In this document: piece after piece, positions 46,911-56,140 of the stretch
Numbering within the stretch: the first letter of the stretch is position 1
How the letters are laid out: each line of letters begins with the position of its first letter
IMG/VR virus record: IMGVR_UViG_3300032242_002445
Span: 2,197-66,196 of that record
Direction: 5' to 3' (one strand)
From: a virus
Lineage: Duplodnaviria; Caudoviricetes
Length of the DNA: 64,000 bases
The notes under the pieces: model-generated
What the model saw: the letters and a program-made list of their open reading frames with translations, nothing else
Told to the model about the DNA's origin: nothing
Database searches by the model: none
Made by a program: the position numbers and the translations under genes

Positions 46911-47183
46911 TTAAAATCGATCGCGATCCTGATCGTCCCACATGTCGTCCTCGAGTGACTGCTCGTAGAGGCTGTCCTCTGCAGGCTCGTCGTTCAACGC
47001 ACCGTAGACGAAGTCGTAGACCGTGTCGATGCCCTTCGCCGACTTAGGATCGATGTCGACGTCGTTGTTCTTGACTAGGCTGAGCAGCTCGTCGTAGAGA
47101 ACGTGCCTCTCTCCTCGATCCGTAACCGTTACCTTTATGACCTCTACGAGGTCGATGAGAAACCTATCGTTCCACCCTGCCAT
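46911..47183 (-). CDS. Acidic hypothetical protein
   Basis: 90-aa ORF coupled to the upstream gene. Confidence 0.55.
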   Translation of the reverse strand: MAGWNDRFLIDLVEVIKVTVTDRGERHVLYDELLSLVKNNDVDIDPKSAKGIDTVYDFVYGALNDEPAEDSLYEQSLEDDMWDDQDRDRF

Positions 47184-47653
47184 TACGGGTTCCCCAGGTA
47201 CTTCTTATACGTCGCGATCCAGTCGGCAGAGATCTCCTTCTGCGCCTGAGCGAGAGTGATCGACTTGTCGCAGACCAGCTTGTGCAGGTGGTTCTCGAGC
47301 TTGTCCTTGACGTGGGCGTTCCAAGGTTGAGTATTATATGCCTGAGGCCAGAGGTTCTTAATGTCGTTCGAGCCGCCGAGCTCGAGCGAGATGAGGTGGT
47401 CCACCTCGAACTGGTCGACCTTGGGATCAACACCGTACTCTGCGAACACCTGCTTCTTGACGGCCTCGGTGACGTTCCTCACTCCCGGCTGGGAGGTGTA
47501 TCCAGGAACACAGATCTTATCTAGAGTTGCCGTTGGTTCTACAACACCGGGTGTAAGTTTTGGATTTGGAACCTGAGGTAGGTCCATGGCGAAAGCCATC
47601 GAACCTACCGCGCCGGCAACGAGCGCAATGCTATAGAGAAAAGTTTTATTCAT
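47183..47653 (-). CDS. Exported HNH-like protein
   Basis: Signal peptide; P.P.LTPG; IC..GY; E.DHLISLELGGSN...NLWPQ; KD.LEN.LH.LVC. Confidence 0.75.
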   Translation of the reverse strand: MNKTFLYSIALVAGAVGSMAFAMDLPQVPNPKLTPGVVEPTATLDKICVPGYTSQPGVRNVTEAVKKQVFAEYGVDPKVDQFEVDHLISLELGGSNDIKNLWPQAYNTQPWNAHVKDKLENHLHKLVCDKSITLAQAQKEISADWIATYKKYLGNP

Positions 47654-47666
47654 GTTTCACCTTTCA

Positions 47667-47732
47667 TATAAATAGTTTGTCAGTCACGGATGGGGGTCCT
47701 ACTGACTCTAAACCTGTAAAGGAGGTTCAGCT
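47667..47732 (+). promoter_or_regulatory. Late promoter plus structured leader sequestering the SD of the homing endonuclease gene
   Basis: TATAAATA 47667-47674; stem GTCAGT/ACTGAC; AACCT/AGGTT hairpin over AGGAGG. Confidence 0.65.
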
Positions 47733-48269
47733 ATGCTTATTTATTACGTTTATGCTTACGTTAGAAAAAGCAATAACACACCATATTACATAGGTAAAGG
47801 TAAAGGCGATAGAGCATTTACCCAACAAAATCATAAAGTACCTGTTCCAAAAGATAGATCAAAAATAATTTTTCTAGAAAAAAATTTAACTGAAATAGGT
47901 GCATTAGCACTAGAGCGCAGATATATTCGTTGGTATGGCAGAAAAGATAATCATACAGGAATACTTTACAATAAAACAGACGGCGGTGATGGTGTTTCTG
48001 GATTCAAACATTCAGATGACTTTTGTAAAAAACAAAGTTTAGAAAGATCCGGAAAGAATCATCCATTATTTGGTATACCACGCACTGAAGAATTTAAAGA
48101 AAAATTACGTTTTGTTCATAAAGGACGTCTTGTCTCAGAAGAGACAAGACGAAAAATGAGTGACTCAGCAAAAAGAAGAAAAGGTGGTGGAATGACTGGT
48201 AAAAGCCATTCCAAAGAAACAAGAGAAAAGATCAGCATGACAAAGAGACTTACAAGGAAAAATTCTTGA
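47733..48269 (+). CDS. Free-standing GIY-YIG/NUMOD3 homing endonuclease (AT-rich, inverted)
   Basis: YYVYAY.R....PYYIGKG.G.R; E...I.WYGRKD...[11 protein letters not shown]; SEETRRKMS and [15 protein letters not shown]3 repeats. Confidence 0.88.
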   Translation: MLIYYVYAYVRKSNNTPYYIGKGKGDRAFTQQNHKVPVPKDRSKIIFLEKNLTEIGALALERRYIRWYGRKDNHTGILYNKTDGGDGVSGFKHSDDFCKKQSLERSGKNHPLFGIPRTEEFKEKLRFVHKGRLVSEETRRKMSDSAKRRKGGGMTGKSHSKETREKISMTKRLTRKNS

Positions 48270-49335
48270 AAGTCTCAGAAGTCACATCCTTCTTAACTCC
48301 ACCGCCGATGTAGCTCGTGATCTCGGTCTCCTGCGGTGCGACCTGCACCTCGGCGCCGCTGATCCACTTCTGAGTCCACGGTAGCGGATTTGAGCCAACC
48401 TTATATGGGCAGGGAAGGCCAACTGCCGTCATGCGCTTGTGCGCGATCCATTCTATATATTCGTTCAGGAGAGCCTCGTTGAGGCCGATCATCGATCCGT
48501 CCTTGAACAGGTAGTGAGCCCAGGCCTTCTCCTGGTCGACGGCGTCGATGAACATCTTGATGCACTCGTCCTTCGTCTCCTCGCGAATGGTCGCGAAGTC
48601 CGGATCGTCGCTCGGCAGGACCTTGAGGAGCTGCTGGGTTCCTGCAAGGTGAAGGTTCTCATCACGCGCGATCAACTTGATGATCTTGGCGTTGCCCTCC
48701 ATCTTCTTGACCTCGGCGAACGCCCACGAGCACGCGAAGCTGACGTAGAAGCGAACGCCCTCGAGGATGTTGACCGACATGAGGGTCTTCCACAGGAGCT
48801 TCTTGTGACCGTAGCCACCGAAGAAGGTCTCCTTGTTGTTTCCCTCGATCAGCTCGTCGTAGCACTCGCTGATGTCGCCCGCGCAGTCGACGATCTCCTG
48901 CAGGTCCATCATTCCATCGAAAATGATCGAGGGATTAGGATAAACATTTCTGATGATGTGAGTGTAGCTTCTTGAGTGGATTGACTCGGAGAATGCCCAA
49001 GTGAGGATCCAGTTCTCGAGCTCGGGTAAGCTACAGATAGGTCCAAACGCCACCGTAGGCGCTCTTCCCTGTACGCTGTCGAGGAGTATCTGTCGCTTGA
49101 GGTTTGATGTGAAGATGTGTTGCTCATGTGGTGTCAGTGCCTTGAAGTCCTTTGCATCACGAAATACGTCTATCTCCTCGGGACGCCAGAAAAAGCCAAG
49201 TTGTTTTTCAGTTAGCTTCTCGAGAAACGGGTACTTCTGCCTGTCGTAGCGAGCGATCGTCGGCGGATCATCGAAGAACGCCTTGACCTTGGTCGAGTCC
49301 TTCTTATTGCCTGCGTCGAATACAGAGAAGCTCAA
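48250..49335 (-). CDS. nrdB: Ribonucleotide reductase class Ia beta subunit
   Basis: FFWRPEE; LLDSVQGR; [10 protein letters not shown]; [13 protein letters not shown]; DENLHL; QVAPQE.EI.SY. Confidence 0.97.
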   Translation of the reverse strand: MSFSVFDAGNKKDSTKVKAFFDDPPTIARYDRQKYPFLEKLTEKQLGFFWRPEEIDVFRDAKDFKALTPHEQHIFTSNLKRQILLDSVQGRAPTVAFGPICSLPELENWILTWAFSESIHSRSYTHIIRNVYPNPSIIFDGMMDLQEIVDCAGDISECYDELIEGNNKETFFGGYGHKKLLWKTLMSVNILEGVRFYVSFACSWAFAEVKKMEGNAKIIKLIARDENLHLAGTQQLLKVLPSDDPDFATIREETKDECIKMFIDAVDQEKAWAHYLFKDGSMIGLNEALLNEYIEWIAHKRMTAVGLPCPYKVGSNPLPWTQKWISGAEVQVAPQETEITSYIGGGVKKDVTSETFKNFSL

Positions 49336-49336
49336 T

Positions 49337-49522
49337 TTACCAACTCCCGTTGTCTATGAATACGTTTAACCTGATCATCAGTAGGTTCATGACGAGTGTG
49401 TAGGCTCCCGGATTCATGTCGTCCGGTCCGCCGATTAGGTACCCAACCCTCCATAACAGAGGGTTGAGCTGGACGCTGATGGTAATGCTCGAGTGCCTGA
49501 TGTAGTCGATCATATCACGCAA
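49337..49522 (-). CDS. Small hypothetical protein between nrdA and nrdB
   Basis: 61-aa ORF ending IDNGSW; start position uncertain. Confidence 0.5.
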   Translation of the reverse strand: MRDMIDYIRHSSITISVQLNPLLWRVGYLIGGPDDMNPGAYTLVMNLLMIRLNVFIDNGSW

Positions 49523-51804
49523 GCCTCGCAGGCCTCATCATCGATCGATCCTTGGGTAAGCTCGCCCAACGGCTTGTCCTCGATCTCGCCGGCACCGTCG
49601 AACGTATTGAAGTAGTAGAGCTGCTTGCCTCCGTACTTATAGAACATGAGAAGGTGCTGCAGCATCGTCGACATAGGGATCTGCTCTTTCTCATAGAACT
49701 GAGGGTTGTAGCTCGTGTTTACCGAGATGCCTTGATCGATAAACTTCTGTAGGACGGAGACGATCTTAAGGTAGCCTTCAGGGGATACCTGGGACCAAAG
49801 TAGATCGTACTTGTTCTTAAGGCGCTTGATCTCGGGAACAACCTGCTTGAGAACTCCGTCCTTGCTCTGCTTAACAGATACCAGAGACCTAACAGGCTCG
49901 ATCCCGTTGGTCGAGTTTGAAATCTGAGCGGAGGTCTCCGCGGGCATGAGCGCCATGAGCGTTGAGTTACGGATTCCATGCTTCTTAGCGTCCTCCCTGA
50001 GACCATCCCAGTCCAACTTGTAAACTGGAGTTACGAGTTCGTCGACGTCGCGCTTGTACGTGTCGATCGGCATGATACCGAGTGAGTAGCGAGTCTCGCT
50101 CGACTTGCTCGGTGCACCCTTCTCCTTGGCAAGGTCAACGCTCGCCTTGATGAGGTAGTAGGACCAGGCCTCGGCGTAGCTGTGAACGAGACCCAAGCCT
50201 TCGGCCGTGATGCTCTGGTAGTTCAGGTCATTGCGTGCAAGAAAGTAAGCAAGGTTAATGATGCCCACTCCAAGAGGTCGTCTAGCCATAGTTGAGTTTC
50301 TAGCCGCAAGGACCGGATAATCCTGATAGTCAAGAAGCTCATCAAGAGCACGAACAACAAGAGTGCAAGGACGCTCAAAATCGTTAGGATCACGGACCTT
50401 CCCCCAGTTAATTGCAGCGAGTGTACACAGCGAGATCTCGCCGTTTGGATCCCAGAAGTCCGACAGCGGCTTCGTGGGCAGGTCGATCTCAGAGCAGAGG
50501 TTCGACTGGCGAATAGGTGCGACCTCCTTGATGAACGAGCCGTGGTCGTTGGCGTGGTCGACGTTCATGAGGTAGATGCGACCGGTGTCCTTACGCTCCT
50601 GCATGAACGACCCGAAGATCTCGATCGCAGGGATCGACTTCTTGCGAAGCTTCGTGCTCTTCTCGGCCTTCTCGTACAGCTCGCGGAACTTGTCGACGTC
50701 GTTGAAGAAGGCCTCGTACATCTCGGGGACGTCGTTAGGGCTGAACAGCGTGATGTTGCCGCCGGACAGGAGGCGCTCGTACATCACCTTGTTGAACTGC
50801 ACGCCGTAGTCGAGGTGGCGAATGCGATTGTCCTCGGTACCCTTGTTGTTCTTGAGAACGAGGAGGTCCTCTACTTCCATATGCCAGATAGGATAGTAGA
50901 GAGTAGCCGCACCGCCTCGTACACCTCCCTGGCTGCAAGACTTAACTGCAGTTTGAAAGTGCTTATAGAACGGTACGACGCCAGTGTGAGACGCGTCACC
51001 GTTACGAATAGGACTACCAACAGCGCGAATACGACCTGCGCCGATGCCAATGCCAGCTTTTTGAGATACGTACTTAACGATAGAGGCTGCGGTTGCATTT
51101 ATCGAGTCCAGTGAGTCGTCGGTCTCGATCAGCACGCAGGAGCTGAACTGCTTCTGCGGCGTGCGGAGGCCGGCCATGATCGGGGTTGGGAGTGAGATCT
51201 CGAAGTTCGACACAGCGTCGTAGAGGTCCTTGACCCACTTGATGCGAGTGTCCTTAGGGTAGTTGCGAAACAGCACCATCGCGATGAGCATGAACGTCAT
51301 CTGCGGTGTCTCGTAGTACTGACCGGTCACTCGGTTCTTGACGAGGTACTTGCCGCGGAACTGCTCCATGGCCGCGTATGTCAGGTTGTAGTCGCGCTCG
51401 TGGTCGATGAAGTAGTTGAGCTTCATCAGCTCGTCGAGGTTGTACCAAGTCAGGATGTCTGGGTCGTAGTAGCCTGCCTTAACGACGTTCTGGACGTGCT
51501 CGTGAAGGTGCTTGGGCTCGTAGTCGCCGTATACGTTCTTGCGAAGGTGGTAGTTGATGAGGTTGCCCGCGACGAACTGGTAGTTAGGTGTGTCCTCGGA
51601 GATGAGGTCGGCTGCCGCCTTGATGAGGGTCTCCTGGATATCGGACGACTTGATGTTGTTGTAGAACTGGATCTGAGAGCGGATCTCGATCTCGGAGGCC
51701 GATACCCCAGAGATGTCCTCGCAGGCCCATGCCACGACGCGATGGAACTTATCGAGGTCCAGCGGCTCCTTGCGTCCGTCGCGCTTCGTTACGTTGATTG
51801 TCAT
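49510..51804 (-). CDS. nrdA: Ribonucleotide reductase class Ia alpha subunit
   Basis: ATP cone VTKRDG; QFSSCVL; SCSQGGVRGG; QSNLCSEI; MPAETS; C-terminal CEAC. Confidence 0.97.
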   Translation of the reverse strand: MTINVTKRDGRKEPLDLDKFHRVVAWACEDISGVSASEIEIRSQIQFYNNIKSSDIQETLIKAAADLISEDTPNYQFVAGNLINYHLRKNVYGDYEPKHLHEHVQNVVKAGYYDPDILTWYNLDELMKLNYFIDHERDYNLTYAAMEQFRGKYLVKNRVTGQYYETPQMTFMLIAMVLFRNYPKDTRIKWVKDLYDAVSNFEISLPTPIMAGLRTPQKQFSSCVLIETDDSLDSINATAASIVKYVSQKAGIGIGAGRIRAVGSPIRNGDASHTGVVPFYKHFQTAVKSCSQGGVRGGAATLYYPIWHMEVEDLLVLKNNKGTEDNRIRHLDYGVQFNKVMYERLLSGGNITLFSPNDVPEMYEAFFNDVDKFRELYEKAEKSTKLRKKSIPAIEIFGSFMQERKDTGRIYLMNVDHANDHGSFIKEVAPIRQSNLCSEIDLPTKPLSDFWDPNGEISLCTLAAINWGKVRDPNDFERPCTLVVRALDELLDYQDYPVLAARNSTMARRPLGVGIINLAYFLARNDLNYQSITAEGLGLVHSYAEAWSYYLIKASVDLAKEKGAPSKSSETRYSLGIMPIDTYKRDVDELVTPVYKLDWDGLREDAKKHGIRNSTLMALMPAETSAQISNSTNGIEPVRSLVSVKQSKDGVLKQVVPEIKRLKNKYDLLWSQVSPEGYLKIVSVLQKFIDQGISVNTSYNPQFYEKEQIPMSTMLQHLLMFYKYGGKQLYYFNTFDGAGEIEDKPLGELTQGSIDDEACEACVI

Positions 51805-51819
51805 CTTTATTCCTTCTTC

Positions 51820-52527
51820 TTATATGTCTAGCGAGTCCTTGAGCGACGGGAAGCGCCCTGTGATCTGGTACCACGCGTCGGTCGCGACATCGCGGTGCTC
51901 CTTCTGAGTGCCATTCGTCATGCGCAGCTGGCAGTAGTGTATCCAGGAGCGAAGCGTACCGTTCATGTACATGCGAGAGACGGTCAAGCCTTCAGGTAGT
52001 ACCGCTCGGGCCTGCTCCTTGGCGATGCCGTTTCTGATAGCCCAATCGTATTGTTTTTGAGCATATTCAAGTACTATCTTTTGACGCTCATTCCAATCAT
52101 GTTTAAGTTCTAGATCGTCTCTTATTTCGATGGAGTTCTGTCTGTTCTTGTGGTCTTGGAGACGGGCTTCACGGGTGACGAACCCGAGGTCTTGGGTCGG
52201 GTCCGCGTATCTCTGGCTAAATTCTTGGAAAGAAAAGCTACGGTGGCGTAGGATCTGTCGCGCGATGTCGCGGGTGGTAGTGATCTCCATCACGATGTTG
52301 ACCATCTCGAAGGGCGACCAGTGCTTGTTCTTCGCGAGGTACCGCAGGAGCTTGTTCGACGTGTCGTGGTTGTCCTGATTACTGGGGTTGCTCACTCGGG
52401 CTACGTATGCCACGAACTCGTCGACGCTCATGAGGCGAAACACCTCTCCCTCGTCGGTCTTGTCGACGAAGATCCTGGAGATCTCCGATACCGGCTGCGT
52501 TATCGCAACTATCCTCGCGTTGTTCAT
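51820..52527 (-). CDS. thyX: Flavin-dependent thymidylate synthase
   Basis: ARVSNP; HWSPFE; QILRHRSFSFQEFSQRYA; KEQARAVLP; TQKEH. Confidence 0.96.
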   Translation of the reverse strand: MNNARIVAITQPVSEISRIFVDKTDEGEVFRLMSVDEFVAYVARVSNPSNQDNHDTSNKLLRYLAKNKHWSPFEMVNIVMEITTTRDIARQILRHRSFSFQEFSQRYADPTQDLGFVTREARLQDHKNRQNSIEIRDDLELKHDWNERQKIVLEYAQKQYDWAIRNGIAKEQARAVLPEGLTVSRMYMNGTLRSWIHYCQLRMTNGTQKEHRDVATDAWYQITGRFPSLKDSLDI

Positions 52528-53558
52528 GCCTTCCTCCACCGCTGCAAGGCGAGCTTCGCCTTGAGGTCCCTGAATGTATTCTGATCGATTATATACCGTA
52601 TGAACTCGGATGTCAACCCAGCCATCACCATGTCGTTGACGTCCTTGTGCTCGAGGTTGTCGGGCCATACGCAGACGCTATAGCCCTGCATGATCGCCTT
52701 GTCGAGCTTCTTGACCGTGTCGGACGACCTCGGCTCGTTGTCGTAGACTATTACCAGGGAAGTCTTGGAGGACTGAATAGGACTGAGAGCAGATACAAGA
52801 TCGCCGCCAGCAGTTGCAACGCTATTAGGGATAAACATAGAATCAATCGGACCCTCCATCACGTATGTCGTCCTACTTAGGTCGACCGTGTCGAGGCCGT
52901 AGAGCTTCGGCTGTGTGTCGTCCGCGACGACGGTGATGTAGCGCACCTTGTCCTTGGGATCGAGCGACCGGCCTTGGAACGCGTGCAGCTCCCCGTCCTT
53001 GTTGAGGAACGGGATCACGAGCCTCCCCTCGTCGCGCTTGAGCGAGTCTTCCGAGAACTTCTTAGGCACGATCTCGTTCGCCCAACCGTAGAAGTTCGGG
53101 ACGTAGAAGAGCTTGGCATGGTAGGGTGTCGGGATCCTGCGTGAGTCGACGAACTTCTTGGCAGGGTGGTTGACCTCGAGCTGGCTTACCTTCTTGACAC
53201 CCTTCAGCGGACCCGACTTGCGAAAGACGGGAGGCTTCATCTTCATGGCGAACTCGGCGGCAGGTGTGGTGTTGAAGCCGCCCTTCTCATCACGCAGCTT
53301 CTCGATGCTGTACTCTGAGTAGATCGATTCGTCGATGGCCTTGATGAGGCTCGGTATCGATGATGATGTGGAGCAGTTGAAGCAGTGGTACCGTAGGTTA
53401 CCACCCTTGAGGTATATGTTACCCCTGGCCTTCTTGCGGTCCTTTTCGGAGTCTCCGCAGATGGGACAGCTGAACGTGTATCGACCTTGACCCTTCCTCT
53501 TGAAGTTCCTCAGTCGACTCGACACTATCCCGATGTACTTGTCCTCAAGCCAGCTCAT
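52524..53558 (-). CDS. gp61: DNA primase gp61
   Basis: CPICGDS...HCFNC Zn finger; FQGR; EGPIDSMF; DNEPR; KDVNDM. Confidence 0.94.
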   Translation of the reverse strand: MSWLEDKYIGIVSSRLRNFKRKGQGRYTFSCPICGDSEKDRKKARGNIYLKGGNLRYHCFNCSTSSSIPSLIKAIDESIYSEYSIEKLRDEKGGFNTTPAAEFAMKMKPPVFRKSGPLKGVKKVSQLEVNHPAKKFVDSRRIPTPYHAKLFYVPNFYGWANEIVPKKFSEDSLKRDEGRLVIPFLNKDGELHAFQGRSLDPKDKVRYITVVADDTQPKLYGLDTVDLSRTTYVMEGPIDSMFIPNSVATAGGDLVSALSPIQSSKTSLVIVYDNEPRSSDTVKKLDKAIMQGYSVCVWPDNLEHKDVNDMVMAGLTSEFIRYIIDQNTFRDLKAKLALQRWRKA

Positions 53559-53590
53559 AAACCAAATCCTTTTGTTCTGTGCATAGCTCT

Positions 53591-53619
53591 ATTATACACA
53601 GTTTGGATAATTTGTAAAC
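53591..53619 (-). promoter_or_regulatory. Early promoter for primase
   Basis: GTTTAC-17 nt-TATAAT (T4 early-like); another TTGACA-17-TATAAT at 52588-52616 upstream of thyX. Confidence 0.65.
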
Positions 53620-53642
53620 TGGAAAAATGCCTTAGAAGAGGG

Positions 53643-54053
53643 TCAGTGACCCAATATCTTCATGACGCCTGGAGCGCCGTAGGAGATCAACCACGAGAGG
53701 ACTCCTGTGCCGCCGATGGCGAGCCAGATGTACTTCTCCATGTGGGAGATCTTATCATTAAGTTTTGAGTGCTGCGCTTGGGATTCCTCGCGCATCTTGC
53801 GAATCTCGTCTAGGATTCCGTTGTCCTGTGCTCTCATGGTGTTGTAAACTGCGTCCATCTTGGCGTCGAGGTCCCTGCGCCGTGTCTCAAGGAGATCCTC
53901 GACGTAGTCGTGATATTTTTCGTGACGACCAAGTTTTTCCTCGTGCACGGCAAGCATCTGCTTGATGTCGTTGGACACCTCTACGAGGCGCTCTAAAACA
54001 GCTTCCATTCTGTCTAACCTTGGATTTACTAGATCTAGAGCTTCAACTTGCAT
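53643..54053 (-). CDS. Coiled-coil protein with a C-terminal TM segment (conserved T4-like)
   Basis: MLAVHEEKL; I..MEKY.W...GG. Confidence 0.7.
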   Translation of the reverse strand: MQVEALDLVNPRLDRMEAVLERLVEVSNDIKQMLAVHEEKLGRHEKYHDYVEDLLETRRRDLDAKMDAVYNTMRAQDNGILDEIRKMREESQAQHSKLNDKISHMEKYIWLAIGGTGVLSWLISYGAPGVMKILGH

Positions 54054-54054
54054 A

Positions 54055-54243
54055 TCACATACTCACCGGTTGTCTACGTTTAAGCGGAGTTTGCGTGAGG
54101 ATTGTCCTCAGCGTCTTCTTCTTTTTCTGTGAGGTCGAGAGTCCAGGCGGCTCGCCTTTAGGTCCGATACCGATTCCCTCGACACCGCCCGCTCCCGCGG
54201 AGTTTGCCGGAACAGCTGATCCCATGTCCTCTTTTAACTTCAT
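54055..54243 (-). CDS. Small conserved protein
   Basis: PANSAGAGGVEGIG...GEPPG. Confidence 0.6.
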   Translation of the reverse strand: MKLKEDMGSAVPANSAGAGGVEGIGIGPKGEPPGLSTSQKKKKTLRTILTQTPLKRRQPVSM

Positions 54244-54629
54244 ATCTTCCTCAGCGCCTCTATTATCGTCCTGTCCATCGAGATAAGATCGGTGTTGATC
54301 ACAGCCTCACCACCTACATTGTATAATACGGTTGGTAGTATATTTAACATGATCAAGAACGGCTTCAGGAATATCATCTGCTTCTTGAACTTCAGGTATA
54401 GTATACGCGGGAGGTGCTCGGCAGAGAAGACGTTGCTGAGCACGATCAGGTGGTTCAGTATCAACCTCTCCTTGAGCTCGCCGGTCTCTACATAACGAGT
54501 GATGAGCTTCTTCACGTACTTCAACCTCTTTATGTCCTCTAGGAACTCGTCCGTACTGTGACACTGCGGGTTATCGTAATGTCTTGCAGCATATATCAGG
54601 AAGTTATCATTAGTCAAATTCTCATACAT
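54240..54629 (-). CDS. Conserved T4-like protein
   Basis: L...NF..YA..HYDNPQC...EF.ED.KR.KY.K.L..RY..TGELKERLILNHLI. Confidence 0.8.
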   Translation of the reverse strand: MYENLTNDNFLIYAARHYDNPQCHSTDEFLEDIKRLKYVKKLITRYVETGELKERLILNHLIVLSNVFSAEHLPRILYLKFKKQMIFLKPFLIMLNILPTVLYNVGGEAVINTDLISMDRTIIEALRKI

Positions 54630-55078
54630 TAAACAAGTCTGATCTTCAGAACCCCACCGCTAGTGTAGTAGAAACCGCTAACGGGAACACCAGCACCTGA
54701 TGCTGTTGGGTCATCATCATACGGCCCGGGAAGAGAGATTTTGATATAGCCCGTGGAGTTGACCACTAGGTTAGGACCGCCGATTATAAGTCCAGGATTA
54801 GTAGAGTTCGCAAGCGGAAGTGAGTTTACAAGACCTCTGAGAGTCAAGGAAGCACTTGCCGTATTACCGCTACTGTTTGCAAACACAAATACGCTATCGG
54901 TAAGTGCAATTGAATTGACTGCAGGCACCGCTCTGTACATCGAGTTCGCCACATTTCCGAGCGTAATAGTCCTGGTCGATGGAGAGCCTGAGGTATTAGA
55001 CAGGACGAGGAGGCTGTCCGACCTCGCGACCGAGTTCGTTGTCGGTAGGTCGGACAGTCTCTTCTGTTCATTAGCCAT
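54629..55078 (-). CDS. Hypothetical virion protein
   Basis: KRLSDLP....D.L.V fibre-type N-terminus. Confidence 0.6.
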   Translation of the reverse strand: MANEQKRLSDLPTTNSVARSDSLLVLSNTSGSPSTRTITLGNVANSMYRAVPAVNSIALTDSVFVFANSSGNTASASLTLRGLVNSLPLANSTNPGLIIGGPNLVVNSTGYIKISLPGPYDDDPTASGAGVPVSGFYYTSGGVLKIRLV

Positions 55079-55097
55079 CTCGGAGGCTTCCTAACTA

Positions 55098-56090
55098 TTA
55101 GGTGTTTGCGAGGACGATGTTGTCCGATGCGTCCGGAACCAGAGCAGCCGTACCGTAAGCGGCAGACTGAGCACCGAGCGAACCCATTGCCACGAGAACT
55201 TCGTAGCTGACGCGTCCTGCACGACCACCGGTACCTTCCTTACGAACAACCCAACCTGAGTGAGTCAAGCCGGCCCTAGTTCCGAGACCGCCAGGGATGA
55301 GAAGTCCCGTCGCGGTGTCGCCTTGGATCGTATGTGACTCGCCGGGGTTCGTAACGCGAGCGTCGGTGATGTCGATGGCGGAGCCGCCGAGTGCGGACAT
55401 GACCTTGATCGACGTACTGTTGACCGCGTTGATGTAGTAGTACGAGTTGCCGGTAAGAGGTGCGATCGCCGAGTTTCCGGTAGGAACACCGTAGTAGACG
55501 CGGTCGTTTACCTGGAACTTAGAGTTCGCGGTTGTGATCAGGAGGGTGTCGGCGCTGTTGCTGAAGCCCGTGCTGTTTGCGACGATCGTGATAGACGCAG
55601 GAGCTGCGATCGTAACTGTCACGCTTCCCGAGATGCTATTGACGATCGCGCTGTTCGAGAGAATCGACGTGATCCTTCCCGCATTACTCGTGCTGTTGAC
55701 GACCGAGTTGGCAGCGGTGACGTTGGTACCGCCGTTCGCGAAGGTCAGCGTGACGAGGGCGTTCGCACCGTATCCCGAACCACCGGAGGTGATCCTGTAG
55801 ATACCGTTTGTCGTGCTGTTCGAGACCGCGATTTCCGTGGTATCAACGCCGAAGACACCGATGGCCATTCCAGGGATGAACGCCCCGATGGTCGTATTGT
55901 TGAACATAGCGACGTCGACGTTTGCACGCGAGCCACTAGATGTGTTACCGAAAGCTGAGTTGGTACCCATGCTTACGGGATCAGAACCTTTTACGAGAGC
56001 GTACGTCCCGATCGGCGCACCGTTGGACGACTGCTGAGTCGTGGTACTATTAGCAGTGACCGCTTGGTCGTTTCTTCCCCAGAGTGGCAT
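55098..56090 (-). CDS. Virion structural protein
   Basis: MPLWG..D N-terminus; H.GWV....G.GGRAGRV.YE.LVAM C-terminus; AATAAATA upstream. Confidence 0.7.
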   Translation of the reverse strand: MPLWGRNDQAVTANSTTTQQSSNGAPIGTYALVKGSDPVSMGTNSAFGNTSSGSRANVDVAMFNNTTIGAFIPGMAIGVFGVDTTEIAVSNSTTNGIYRITSGGSGYGANALVTLTFANGGTNVTAANSVVNSTSNAGRITSILSNSAIVNSISGSVTVTIAAPASITIVANSTGFSNSADTLLITTANSKFQVNDRVYYGVPTGNSAIAPLTGNSYYYINAVNSTSIKVMSALGGSAIDITDARVTNPGESHTIQGDTATGLLIPGGLGTRAGLTHSGWVVRKEGTGGRAGRVSYEVLVAMGSLGAQSAAYGTAALVPDASDNIVLANT

Positions 56091-56140
56091 GTTAGTGATC
56101 TCCTTAGAGTTTCTTTTCTTTATTTATTAAAGACCAAGTG

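Noticed and set aside
48250-52527. Group I introns or inteins in nrdA, nrdB or thyX
   Set aside because: All three are continuous and of normal length; the endonucleases are free-standing
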